The translations under genes were made by a program, and so were the position numbers. Positions 25,061-38,039 of a DNA stretch of 64,000 bases are shown piece by piece. The notes under the pieces are model-generated. The model saw nothing but the letters and a program-made list of their open reading frames with translations. It searched no databases and was not told the DNA's origin. Within the stretch, counting starts at the first letter, position 1. Each line of letters begins with the position of its first letter. Origin of the DNA: Octopus bimaculoides (lineage: Eukaryota); NCBI RefSeq assembly GCF_001194135.2, contig NC_068988.1:46247296-46311295 (forward strand), in the 5' to 3' direction.

Positions 25061-26046
25061 NNNNNNNNNNNNNNNNNNNNNNNNNNNNNNNNNNNNNNNN
25101 NNNNNNNNNNNNNNNNNNNNNNNNNNNNNNNNNNNNNNNNNNNNNNNNNNNNNNNNNNNNNNNNNNNNNNNNNNNNNNNNNNNNNNNNNNNNNNNNNNNN
25201 NNNNNNNNNNNNNNNNNNNNNNNNNNNNNNNNNNNNNNNNNNNNNNNNNNNNNNNNNNNNNNNNNNNNNNNNNNNNNNNNNNNNNNNNNNNNNNNNNNNN
25301 NNNNNNNNNNNNNNNNNNNNNNNNNNNNNNNNNNNNNNNNNNNNNNNNNNNNNNNNNNNNNNNNNNNNNNNNNNNNNNNNNNNNNNNNNNNNNNNNNNNN
25401 NNNNNNNNNNNNNNNNNNNNNNNNNNNNNNNNNNNNNNNNNNNNNNNNNNNNNNNNNNNNNNNNNNNNNNNNNNNNNNNNNNNNNNNNNNNNNNNNNNNN
25501 NNNNNNNNNNNNNNNNNNNNNNNNNNNNNNNNNNNNNNNNNNNNNNNNNNNNNNNNNNNNNNNNNNNNNNNNNNNNNNNNNNNNNNNNNNNNNNNNNNNN
25601 NNNNNNNNNNNNNNNNNNNNNNNNNNNNNNNNNNNNNNNNNNNNNNNNNNNNNNNNNNNNNNNNNNNNNNNNNNNNNNNNNNNNNNNNNNNNNNNNNNNN
25701 NNNNNNNNNNNNNNNNNNNNNNNNNNNNNNNNNNNNNNNNNNNNNNNNNNNNNNNNNNNNNNNNNNNNNNNNNNNNNNNNNNNNNNNNNNNNNNNNNNNN
25801 NNNNNNNNNNNNNNNNNNNNNNNNNNNNNNNNNNNNNNNNNNNNNNNNNNNNNNNNNNNNNNNNNNNNNNNNNNNNNNNNNNNNNNNNNNNNNNNNNNNN
25901 NNNNNNNNNNNNNNNNNNNNNNNNNNNNNNNNNNNNNNNNNNNNNNNNNNNNNNNNNNNNNNNNNNNNNNNNNNNNNNNNNNNNNNNNNNNNNNNNNNNN
26001 NNNNNNNNNNNNNNNNNNNNNNNNNNNNNNNNNNNNNNNNNNNNNN
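25061..26046. other. Assembly gap in (TA)n
   Basis: Run of N. Confidence 0.99.
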
Positions 26047-26087
<41 letters not shown>

Positions 26088-26129
26088 GAATAAACTGTTG
26101 TCTAAATTACGCAAAAATTAAAATAACAC

Positions 26130-26340
26130 TGACATCTTATTTTAACAGTCATATTTACCAAAATTACATAAAAATATCTTGAAATACTAAAGAGTAAATT
26201 TATTCAATAAAATCGTCATTGATTTTAACCACAGCCTCCAAACGACTTCAGAATCTCCTGAAACTCTTCTGGATGGTCTCCTTGTTTAAGTTGTTGAATG
26301 CTATCATAATCCTTGCCTTCAGTTCATCTTTAGTGTTACA
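26130..26340 (-). mobile_element. Tc1/mariner-superfamily transposase C-terminus and right end
   Basis: NTKDELKARIMIAFNNLNKETIQKSFRRF*SRLEAVVKINDDFIE* is a typical Tc1/mariner C-terminus. Confidence 0.75.
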
Positions 26341-26770
26341 AGGAGTTTTGCTGGTCTTTCATAGAACTGCACCCAACACATGATAACCAAGGAGGTTGCA
26401 GTCTGGTTACACTCTTTTGTACATGCACACTGACATTACCCATCCAGTAAAGCATAATAGTTTCATTTCTTCCAAGCCTTTGCATGTTCTCTGTAGTCAA
26501 AGTCCATGTTTCACTGCCATGTAGCATCGCTGTTCACACACTGACATCATACTATCTGCCTTTCACTCAAACGGATTGGCCTTTATTACCAACAAAGGAG
26601 TAGCTTTCTGAACTTTGCCCAGCCTGTTCTTATTGTAGCACTTTCAGAACTTCCTCCTCCATTACTAACTTGGCCACCTAGGTATCTATCAATCTATCTC
26701 CCTGGACATTTGAGGAAGTCTATTATTTGTAAATTCTTAGTGATTATTGTATTTGCACATCAGCCATCTA
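26340..26770 (-). mobile_element. Old RTE RT fragment
   Basis: MLHGSETWTLTTENMQRLGRNETIMLYWM, homologous to 17637-17935. Confidence 0.8.
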
Positions 26771-26831
26771 CAAAATTACCTTTTCTATTAACCTTCTCAT
26801 GATACTGCTGTGCCTCTTAAGTGTGTGTATG

Positions 26832-27021
26832 TCATCATCATCATCATCATCATCATCGTTTAACGTCCGCTTTCCATGCTAGCATGGGTTGGACGATTTG
26901 ACTGAGGACTGGTGAAACCGGATGGCAACACCAGGCTCCAGTCTGATTTGGCAGAGTTTCTACAGCTGGATGCCCTTCCTAATGCCAACCACTCAGAGAG
27001 TGTAGTGGGTGCTTTTACGTG
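26832..27021 (-). mobile_element. Young RTE 3' tail (190 bp), near-identical to 16845-17027
   Basis: One visible substitution (cctaacgcc vs cctaatgcc). Confidence 0.92.
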
Positions 27022-27299
27022 TGATTATAGGTAGATAGATAGATAGATAGATAGATAGGGATATGTTGATATAGATATGTACATATACATTTATTCTTTT
27101 ATTCTTTTACTTGTTTCAGTCATTTGACTGTAGCCATGCTGGAGCACCACCTTTAGTGAAACAAATCGAACTCAGAGCATTAGATCTGGAGAACTAGCCA
27201 TCTATATCTGCATTGATTTGTAAATGTGCACTTGTACTGGGCAATGGCATACTTATTGGTGAAAGCATATAAAATAATTTATTGTACACTGAAATGATT

Positions 27300-28200
27300 A
27301 TTATTTAATGGGATTGGTGTTTGAAGAATTAAGCTGGTTTGAATTCCAATACATGTGTGTAAGTAAATGAAAGAAGATCAAGAAAACCAGGCAGGATTAA
27401 ATGCAATGATTCATTCAACTCCTTAAAGGGTATAAACACAACAAAATTGTTGAATTCGTCTTGAATGATACTGTCAGAAAATATACATATTGGTTACTCC
27501 TGCAGTTGGTACTTGATGATGTTTGCTTGAATAGAACAAGTAAACAAATAGATGACATGACTTCTGCTAGAGAACAAGAAAGGATGTCACACGTCAAGGC
27601 TACCTGAGGCTACCTATGAAATAAACTCGTATCAGCTGAAATCCAAACTTGACTGTGCTTCCCACCACACGGGAGAGAAGTGGGAGCAAAGCTTTTTTTT
27701 TAAAGCTGATGGTAGGCCCCAGTGAACAAATCTAATTTGCCCATGCTTGGCTGGTCTGTCATGTGATGGGATGAGAGCCCACATAAAGCTAGAAGGACTC
27801 AAGCATCACATGACTAGGTCAAGTGACCACTTGCAGGAAACATAATGTATGAGCCGATATTTGGGCATTTAAGGGTAGACAGGCAATCTGTGGACATATA
27901 CTTGCTACAATTACCCTTGGACCAGTAAACTGATTGCAAATGAAAGGAACAAAAACGCACAAAAAAAAAAAACAATAAAAAACTCTGCAGCAAGAATGAA
28001 GAATATACAACAAATATGTACAAAAAAGGAATGCAATGGAAAAGGGGCAAAAAAGACATGAGCAAAAGGGTGTCAAATAAAAATTTACAATATCGACTGA
28101 GAATAACCAAAAGTTCATAGAACATGGTTCAAAACAGTTCAGACAGTTGAAAATGCAAGTCTTTTAAAAGAAAAAAAAAGAAACACAAAACAATTCAAAA
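27300..28200 (-). repeat. Unclassified repeat, copy C (possibly PLE 5' region)
   Basis: 27300-27910 aligns by eye with 29620-30205; A-rich terminal segment at 27920-28200. Confidence 0.7.
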
Positions 28201-28911
28201 TACTATGTAAGTACTATTTGGCTGACCAATACCAGCCAGTATAAAACTGCTGTAGTGGTAAAAAGTCTAAAGAGAATGAGTCTAACCAGGTGAAAATGCA
28301 TAAAATTTCTGATCTTGTTGATATTCCATGAAATGCTGCAAGTCAATGTAAAGCGATGTAGAATAATTCTTCTATAGGAGTTAATCACATTGGAAATGTC
28401 TTGTAACTTCACATGAGAAGAAGGAACTGGAATGTGAGAAGAAGCTGAAGTACAGGTATACATAAAGTAAAACAAATTAAAAGGGTAAAGGATTATCAAT
28501 TTATTAATTAATAAATCAATTAATAATTAATAATTTTTTTTACCAAGCCCATCGGTATGAAAGCACTATTATTGGTGGAGAACTTATTCAAAAGTTCATA
28601 TATTTATACATATAATTAAGGGATCAGCAAAATATTTGCTTCACCATGTAGCTGTAACAGTTGACCAAGTAGAGTATGTAGAGAAAATGAGAAAATGCTG
28701 TACGTGCTTAAACCATAAAAGCACATTTACATTGGACATGACACTGGGGTCCTGTAGGTGAAAGCTGCTGCCTATAGACAAGGTGAAAACACATGAATAA
28801 GGCCATTCCAATGGTCAGAAAAGGTGTAAACAGTTACAAACTGCTCGTTTATAAGCTGAGACAAAAGAAAAAAATTCTTAACTGAAAAAAAGGAAATGGA
28901 GAAATGACCGC

Positions 28912-30205
28912 TATGTCAAGCAACACTGAAAATCAACAATGAGCTTGTGGAGGTGGAAGAAATAGTAAAAGATATAAGCTCGTATGAAAAATTGATCATG
29001 AGCAGCTGGACTTGCTGTAACTACTGTGAACAAAGTTGTTGAATGGCAGTAGAACAAAATTCCTATAGGGAAGTGGTTGAAATAAAATGGCGGTAAGTGA
29101 TGAAAATCTCTGCTCCCATCACGGTGATGAGATGCTGGAATTCAAGATGGTGATGAAAAGAAACTGGACAAGCGTTCGTCAAATTCGAATTGGCTTGAAT
29201 GGATGTGATACTCTGTGAAGATGACTTGTGAAGATCTCGAGAGTGGCCATGACAGAATGTTGAGTTGAATGTGGATGTGGTGTTAAGGTACAGTAGAGAG
29301 ATGTTTCCTCAAGATACTTCATAAGATTTAAGCTCCTTATAATCTCTGACATCGGAGCTGAAAAAGAGTGATCAAAAAATGTGTGACTGAAAAAAATTGA
29401 AGTTCTCCAACTCTTCGGCCACTAGAAATGGGAGGCGGAGGGCTAATGCAGTCTTGCACCTCACCTTTAAAGATGCATTCTTTTGAAAAAATTTCTAAGT
29501 TTTAAATGTCAGAGATTAAAAATACACAAAAGAAAATTTTCAAAATTTATCTTCCACATAGAATGATAAACTGGAATTTATTTGTTGCTTGCAGCAGTAA
29601 ATCACGATGGTCAATCACAAGTTTTAATGAGATTGTTGGTTGAATAATTAAGTTGGTTTGAGTTCCAATAAATGTGTGTATGTAGATAAAGGAAAATCAA
29701 CAAAAGCAGGCAGGATTAAATGCAATGATTCATTCGACCCATTAAAAAGCATTAACATGGCGAAATTGTTGAATACGTCTTGAATGATACTGTCAGAAAA
29801 TACACATATTGGGTACTCCTGCAGTTGGTACTTGATGATGTTTGCTTGAATAAAACAAGTAAACAAATGCATGAGATGACTTCTGCTGGAGAATAGGAAA
29901 AGATTTAATGCTTCAAGGCTACCTGGGGCTACCTGCAAAATAAACTCCTCTTGACCCACCACACCGGAAAGAGTGGGAGCGAAGCCTCTATTTAATGCTG
30001 ATGGTAGGCTTAGGCGAACAAACCTAATTTGCCAGCACTAGTCTGGTCTGTCATGTGATGTGATGAGAGCCCATGTAAAGCTAGAAGGACTCGACCATCA
30101 CATGATCTGATCATGCGACCACTTTTAGAAAACATAGCATGCAAGCCAATATTTGGGTATTTAAGGGTAGACAGGTAATCTGTGAACATATACTTACTAC
30201 AATTA
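28912..30205 (-). repeat. Unclassified repeat, copy A
   Basis: 28912-29830 aligns with 32470-33405; 29620-30205 aligns with 27300-27910. Confidence 0.8.
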
Positions 30206-30474
30206 TATGATGAAGACTCTGAAATGCCCATAATCCTATGGGAATCAAGTGGTTAAATAAATGAACTCACTTCTCATACCTCCTCACATAAGCCAAACTT
30301 TCGAAGTCATTGTCAACAACATTATTATATGAGAATAATAAATTTGTACCCTCCAAAAGTCAAGTGTAATGCATTAGATTAATGTAAAATTGATTTTATT
30401 ATAACTGAACATTGAAGCAAACAGTAATTTACACACATACACACACACAAACACAAATAAATAGATAGATATAT

Positions 30475-30630
30475 GGTGGCTATTTTGAAAGAGGACAAGT
30501 GTGTCATTCTCTTTGATTTTCTAGAACATAGCTGCACCATAGATAGCAAACAGTAGATTGAGATACTCCAAAATATTACAGAAGCCATTTTGAAGAAGTC
30601 ATGTCTACTTTTAAAATACTCTTCATAGAA
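30475..30630 (+). mobile_element. Mariner transposase fragment
   Basis: VILFDFLEHSCTIDSKQ*IEILQNITEAILKK resembles mariner GVILIDFL..G.TIN.EYY..L..L.EAI. Confidence 0.6.
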
Positions 30631-31069
30631 CACTTACCCAGACATTTGTACTCACACACACACACACATATATCTATGGAAACAGCTTTGCAACTGTGTT
30701 GTAGCTTTCACTTCTTTGTATTAAGGAGTTTTAATATTTTTGTATATGTACAGCTTGTTTTTGAAAAGCAGTCATAAAATTCATGATAAATTCATCCCAC
30801 CCCACCACCACCACCATCACCATCATCATCATCATCATCGTAGTTGTCATCATCATTGTTGCTAGAACCTCATTGTTTCAACTTCAGGATGTGAAGTGTG
30901 CAACTGCTTCATTGTTCTGGAAGGCAGCTGTGATGATGCTTGGATGTTTGGTTTTCACCAGTTTTGTTTTTTTTGTATTTTAATTGTTTGATTTAGATGT
31001 CATTAACCATAAGTATATTTCGTTTGCAATGTGTCTGTGCGTTCACATGTGTGTGTAATGTGTATTGCT

Positions 31070-32300
31070 CTGTGCGTTATATGTGTGTTTATTTTAGCAC
31101 TGTGGTGTGCTATGAGTAATGCTTCTCTTGTTAATGGTCTGTTTTTGTGGGAAATTAAAGTATGGACATGTTATTCATTCCCCAACATCTTCCTGTCCTG
31201 TTCTGTTTTATGTCGTACACCATAGTGTGCTACAATTGGTCTGTGTTGTAGATACATGGTGAGCCAACATGAGCATGTTGTACATGTATGACTAATAGCA
31301 CAGTAGGATTCAATAGGTTTCCACTTTCATGTTTTCAATCAAATTTATAAATTACATTGGTCATCTGTAGTTTGTTCTCAATGCTTGGGGTTTGTTGTTG
31401 ATAAGGAAGGCTTTGATTTTAGTGTTTTCCTGTATATTATTGCTGTTATGTTTTTTACTTGGAGTGTTGCATTTTGTGTTCTGTTTTATGAGGTTTTTAA
31501 TGATATTGTCATCTGTTCTATAGACAATATGCATTTTATTGATATAGTACTATTTATATATTTGTGTGCTTTTAATATGTGTAATATTTGATGGTGCAAT
31601 GTAATTCTTCTGTTGCTTCATCTATTAGTCAGTTAGAATATTATTGTATATTTGTGTTTGTTTTATTTTGCGAATTACTTTATTTAGTGTTTTGTATGTG
31701 GATGAGAATCTATAGTCTCTTTTGAGAAGAGATATTATCACTGACATTTTGTAACTATGAGGACATTCACTGTCTCCATACAGATATATCATTTTGAACT
31801 TTAGTGTATACAGATGCAATAAGCCTATTCTTTTTATCTGGATTTTTATATCTGAAATTGGATTCATATCTTTATAATTTTTATTATTTTCGATGTCAAC
31901 TTTTTGTATTGAGTTATTTTTCAAGTCTTTCTTCAACTTCTCACTGTCTTATGATATATACATCTCAACAAATATATCATCGACATTTCTAGTATACACC
32001 ATATATTAAGTACCACTCATTTCTATGTTATTACTAGTCTGAATGCTATAAACATTGGCCCAAAGCACAAACCCATATTTACTCTATCTCTTGTTTATAA
32101 ATTGCTTTATGGAGAATGGAAAGGTACTTTTACTGTACATATGACTAACAGCTTCTTCAGAAAGTTGATTGGTTTAGCAGATGGCTTATTTTAGGTTGTT
32201 TATATGTATTATCTGTCATGATTTTTGTTGAATAAATATATTTTACTTTCGTTTTGAATTGTTGCTTATGATGTCTAATATCACTTCACATTAAAAATAT
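31070..32300 (-). mobile_element. Penelope-like element relic (RT core, thumb, GIY-YIG)
   Basis: LKKLLVICTVKVPFHSP, RNVDDIFVE, YGDSECPHSYKMSVIISLLKRDYRFSS, TNVIYKFD, LTREALLIAHHSAKIN. Confidence 0.85.
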
Positions 32301-32469
32301 TAGCAATTAATTCAGTCTTAATTTGATTCATAGCGTTATTGTACATGGTAAACATTGAACAAAGACAAGAGACTTGGCTATGATGGACATCAGAGGATCA
32401 ATTACATTATAATTATATTGGGTCATCCCATAAATAATGTGTTTTTTTTTTGGTTTTTTTTTTCAAAAT

Positions 32470-33405
32470 TAAGCAACACTGAAAGTCAGCAATGAGCTTG
32501 TGGAGGTGGAAGATGTAGTAAAAGATTTAAGCTGGTATGAAAAATTGATCATGAGCAGCTGGACTTGCTGTAACTGCTGTGAACAAAGTTGTTGAATGGC
32601 AGCAAAACGAAAGTCCTAAAGGGTAGTGGTTGAAATAAAATGGTGGTAAGTGCTGAAATCTCTGCTCCCATCATGGTGATGAGATGCTGGAATTCAAGAT
32701 GGTGATGAAAAGAAACTGGATGAGCATTCGTCAGATTCGAATTGGCTTGAATGGATGTGATACAGTGTGAAGGTGACTTGTGAAGATCCTGAGAGTGGTG
32801 GTGGTGGCCATGACAGAATGTTGAGTTGAATGTAGATGTGGTGTTAAGGTACAGTAGAGAGATATATCCTCAAGATGCTTCATAAGATTTAAACTCCTTA
32901 TAATCTCTGACATCGGAGATAAAAAAGAGTGACCAAAAAATGTGGGATAAAAACTGCTGTGTGGTTGAAAATATTGAAGTTCTCCAACTCTTCAGCTATT
33001 AGAAATGGGAGGTGGGGTAGCTAATGCAGTTTCATGCCTCTTCTTGAAAAATGCATTTTAAAAAAGAAATTTCTTCAGATTCCTAAGTTTTAAATGTTGG
33101 AGATTACAAATATACAAAAGAAAATGCTGCAAAATTTATCTTCTGAATAGAATGATAAACTGGAATTTATTTGTTGCTTGCAACAGGAAATCACGTTGGT
33201 GAGTCATGAGTTTTAATGAGATTGTTGAAGTTGGTTTGAGTTCCAATAAATGTGTAGATAAAAGAAGATCGAGAAAACCAGGCAGTATTAAATGTGACTA
33301 TACATTCGACCCATTAAAGAGCATTAACACAGCAAAATTGTTGGATACATATTGAATGATACTATCAGAAAATATACATATTGGTTTCTCATGCAGTTGG
33401 TACTT
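32470..33405 (-). repeat. Unclassified repeat, copy B
   Basis: Direct-orientation homologue of 28912-29830. Confidence 0.8.
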
Positions 33406-33414
33406 GGTAAGGAA

Positions 33415-34140
33415 GGTAGACTTGTAAGACCCCTCTTCCAAAATTCACTTGTCTGTGATGAAAAATATTCTTCCACAACTGTTCTGACCTCATCAACAAA
33501 ATTCATATATTTTACATCCAAATGATTTTGAAGAATGTGGAATAAATGTCTGCTGAATATGGTGAATGGGGCATCTTTTCTCATTCAAACTGCTCCATCC
33601 TTTGGAATATCATCCTCGCTATATGAGGCTGAGCATTATCCTGATGGAAGAACACCTTTCATCTTGAAACCAAAGATAGTTGTTTTCCTTCTAGCATTGA
33701 CTTAAGCTGCTCAAGTTTCTTGCAGTAGATCTCCTTCACTATCATTTGGTTTTGGTTTAAAATTTCAAAGTGGGCTAAACCTTTCATATCTCACTAAACA
33801 GATAACACCTTACATGGGTGAAGACCTTCTTTATCTTGGAGTACCAGTGTTTCTCCTTTCCCTACTCACTGTCTTTGGTGTTTGACACTTTTATAGAAAA
33901 CCCATTTCTTGTCACCAGTTACTATTTGGTCAAAAATAGGTTCATTCATGAGATGTGACAGCTAAGAAGAGCACACATTCACTCTCTGCACACAATTAAA
34001 CTCGGAAAGTTTGTGAGGAACCTATTGACCCAATTTGCTGACTTTTGCAATGGCATGCAGGTGTTGATAAATGGTTGAATGACCAAATCCAAGTTTCTCT
34101 GCTAGTTCCTCAACATTCTTGATCTACCCTCAGGTCTCAT
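33415..34140 (-). mobile_element. Mariner transposase pseudogene (catalytic region)
   Basis: IVTGDKKWVFY, FFHQDNAQPH, MPHSPYSAD correspond to the mariner TGDEKW, HDNARPH and HPPYSPD motifs; many stops. Confidence 0.9.
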
Positions 34141-34639
34141 ACCAGTTAGTTTGGCTTACAGAATCTATCTTGTGATTCTTTCCTACAACATTTTAATTGC
34201 ATGTCCATAGTATTGTTGGTAAGTTCCATTCCAATCAACCTTGTTGATTGTAATGATCATTTACTTTTTCTACATCTTTCTTGTATTTGTCCTTGCTCTA
34301 ATATCTACAACTTAAGACTACTGAATTCCATGGAATCATAACTCAAAATATCTTTATTTGTTTCTATCATTTTTATGGTATGTGACATTGAGCTCATAAA
34401 TAAAGCAAGTGTTTCAAAGCTTATTTTCGGGTTGTCTGCAAAGTTCTAGAGATGAGAGGATTAGACAATGGGAAGAAGTAATGGTTTGACCTCGAGTGAC
34501 ACCCTGATCTCTGAGCTACTCTCCATGTTAAGCAACATTACTTCAGAAACCTTTTGGAGGAACCCCATTTTGGCTGCTTATGCTTATTGAAATTATTACC
34601 TTTAATCAGTTCAATTTATGATAACTGATTAACACTTGG

Positions 34640-35059
34640 ACATTTCTGCATTATTATTATTTTGAGGAGAAGTATCAGGGCTCACTGGCATTTTAAACAT
34701 TTTTACCACGCAAAACAGAGATAACTCTGCAGTTTTATGCATAAAATGTTTGCTTTGAATTGTTGAGGATTTATGGTTGCAGAAAAAAATGCAGATAGGG
34801 AAGGAAATTAAAGAATGGCAGTAAGATTGTTCAAAATATCCAGCAAAGGGTCTGGCAGGAAATGAGAAGCAGTAGAAATGAAGTAAAGAAGATAGGTGGG
34901 TACATGAAGTGGGTATCAGAAGGGTAGGAGTACTATATCTCACCTATCTACCCAACATAAAAATATTCTCTACATATCCTCAGAATACATAAAGAATTTA
35001 GTATGGTAAGTTGTTTGGGGTTTTTATCTTATTTATCTATATTTTATTACTTGTTTATT

Positions 35060-35121
<62 letters not shown>

Positions 35122-36450
35122 TATTATTATTGTTGTTATCATTTTTATTATTATTATTATCATTATTATTATTATTTGCAGAGAAATAATGTATACAATA
35201 TTATTCTTCCATGAATATTGCTACAATCCGAAGCCTTTCAATATAATGTATAGGTAACATTATATTAAGAAATCATAGACACAGCTTTTGGCAATATATA
35301 CACTCTGGCTGACACACCTTCAAATGATTTATAGAAATTCTATCTCAGTGCTTTGAGATCATTTGCAATTTTCTTGTTAGCGATTCTGTGCATTTCTATA
35401 TTGAGTCATGCTGTATCCCTGGTTGAATCTGTTCGGAGAAAAATTGTCCATTCAATCATAGTGTGATGTATTGCAAGAGGCATTTGTCTTGTCACTAATA
35501 TATAATGGTTATGAAGTATCTATCTTATGCACTCTTCTTTCTCTCCTTCCCTGTCTCTTACAACAGATATATTCTATTAAGTATGTGTTTTTATGGGAAA
35601 TTATTAGTTTTTCTGTGAGCTGTCCTGAAGCTAAAGTCAACTTGGCGAGACTGACTACCATGTTTTGGGGAATTCTTCTATTGGTGTGAGTAGTTTATTT
35701 TATGGGAATGACAGCAGTGTGTATGATTTAATTGGTGAAGTAAGATGACTTAGGAGACTTAGGGTGCCAAGTTCAGGCCCTATGTAACATACTGACATGA
35801 CGTTTCATGTCATTTGATAATGACAACGTATTAAATCCTTATTGATGATGTTATGTTCTTGAATAGACACACTGACTATATGAATAATGTATTATATTCT
35901 CAACTCATGAGCTCTATGTTCATATTCTCCTTTTAGCATTCATTCGTTTCAAGTGATTTAATCAAAATCGCTGTTTAGATAGTAAAATGCCTGAGGTAGG
36001 AGTGAGTCTGGTGCTTGAGGAGAATTAATAATTGAAGGTAATCAGAATAAAATCTTCCAACAAAATCTTCAATCTTGACTCAGAGAAGAGTTTGGACATT
36101 AATTGTAGTAGATAAAAGTAGATGAAAATCATGTCCCAACATTTCTTTTTCATGCATTTGAGAAGATAACATTTTATGCAACATATGTCCTTGAATCAAA
36201 GCTCTATTGAATCACCGATGATGAGAGCAATAAAAATGCTTTGTGCACTTGGTTTGTAAAAGCATACATTCATCCTACCAACATGATTCCAAATGTAACT
36301 TCTGGACAGTTGTATTCTGTTATTAACTGTTAGATGCAAAATATTCTTATTCAGTTTATAACTCTTAACATCGAGTATAGAGAGAATGTGTACAGGTGTG
36401 AAAGTACTCATCTTGGTATACATACATCTTTTGTGCCATAGTGGCACTGA
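34640..36450 (-). mobile_element. Probable highly decayed CR1/L2-type LINE
   Basis: Weak resemblance only (INSPQAPDSLLPQAFYYLNSD vs INSGVPQGSVLSPTLFLLFIND; C-terminal tail-like segment near 34700-34900). Confidence 0.3.
35055..35176. repeat. (ATT)n microsatellite
   Basis: Direct inspection. Confidence 0.95.
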
Positions 36451-36967
36451 ATTCTGAAGGGATGTAGCTCGTTTGCCTTTATTTATACAAAATTTCTTTT
36501 CCTACAACAGCATGAATTTTTAGACAGCCACTACTCCGTCAGTTACCTTAATTCTTAGTTATCATTTGGATTGAATTCAATGAGCTCAGTATGTTACATA
36601 AAGTGCTCATCAAGAATTCTTTAGATATACACCTTACATATAGTGTCTTCTACTCCATTAATAGCTAGTTTGTAAATTTGTGTTGCACAAACATTTTTGG
36701 GATGCCTTGTTATGGATGATGAAGGTATGTGCTACTCATTTCATTTCCTATTTTATAGTTGCACAGAGAATCTTGAGTTTCTTGCTAATAAGTATTTTTA
36801 TAACTTTCCAAAGTGCAGCTTAAGATTTAATAGACTATTCTTTCCTTGAAAACACCACCACTTCATACTTTGATAACTCAAATATCACATTCTAATTATT
36901 TACAAAAGATGTCATGCTGATGAAGTTTCTGTTTAAAGTGATAGCTGAATGGAAACTACTCACTCAC

Positions 36968-37003
36968 CTTATTGGTACAGGAAGTGTAGTGCCATCAGTA
37001 TAT
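36968..37003 (-). CDS. Candidate 36-nt internal exon (phase 2-2), YTDGTTLPVPI; unknown gene
   Basis: Acceptor tattgttttaaag and donor AAG|GTGAGT; one open frame; no protein family recognised. Confidence 0.35.
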
Positions 37004-37094
37004 CTTTAAAACAATAATACAAATGATATATGAGCATATACATGTATACATACATATATGTACATACCTACATCTACATGTATATATTGATGCC

Positions 37095-37260
37095 TATCCG
37101 GGTACAGGACGTCAAAAAAGAACGGGAACATAAACAAAGCACAAAAAACAGACTTTTTTTTACAGACAACAGAATAAACACATAGGAAAACAAACAAGCC
37201 ACTTATGGAACTTTTCCTTCATCAGCTACCTCTATTCTAAACTAGGCATTTCGCACATTT
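37095..37260 (-). mobile_element. PLE-type terminal repeat fragment
   Basis: T-rich strand with gtagctgatgaagg and gacgtcctgtaccc; family assignment is inferred. Confidence 0.4.
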
Positions 37261-37485
37261 TCATAGAAATTGAATGGTATTTTTCTTTTAGATATAAATC
37301 CAGAATTTTTGTTGAGAAAATCCATTCTATTTGGCTTGAGATAAAGTATGAACCTTGTTGACTGGAACAATCATTTACTTGTTTCTAATTCTTTCCTACA
37401 TGTATTGTTGCTTTAATATTTACAACTTAAAACATGTGAATTCCATAGAAACATAGCTCAGAATTATTTTATGTGTCTCAGCCAA

Positions 37486-37633
37486 CTTTACATTATTTAC
37501 ATTATTTACATTGGATGGACATGTGTCCTCATCTTGTTTGTTGTTACCGCAATGTTTTAACTGATTTACTCTCCAGCCTTCATCTGGTGACCTGGTAGAA
37601 TTTTGAACCCAACCCTGGGTTCTCATTCCTAAG
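37486..37633 (-). mobile_element. Hammerhead-tail element, tail-only degenerate copy
   Basis: Homologous to the 55005-55147 tail (ttaggaatgagaaccc...gatgaaggctggagag..aacaaacaagatgaggac..aatgtaaataatgtaaa). Confidence 0.8.
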
Positions 37634-38039
37634 GTGTATATTTAAATCTAAATAAATATCACTAACATTATTAATAATAATGTAAATAATTAAGTTGCTA
37701 GCAAGTTTAGGCGTTTATAGGTAAAATATGAATAGAATACAGAAAGTATTGAAATACCACTTGCTATGTACAGAGCTATTGCTCTAAACCACAATTTACC
37801 CGTTATAAAAATACACACGGTGGAAGTGATGACCACAACAGAGACAATCTTACCTTACTTAGTCAACTACTAAGTTAGAAGAATGAATATGTACAGAGAG
37901 GGAGAAAGAAGGGAGATAAAAAGAGAGAGAGAAAGGGAGAAATAAATTTATTGTAGTTAAGCACCTTTAATAATTTTTTTGCTGGCCTTTAAACTATTTC
38001 AGTGAAAGAGTATAAATAATCTGAACAATTATCTTGTAA

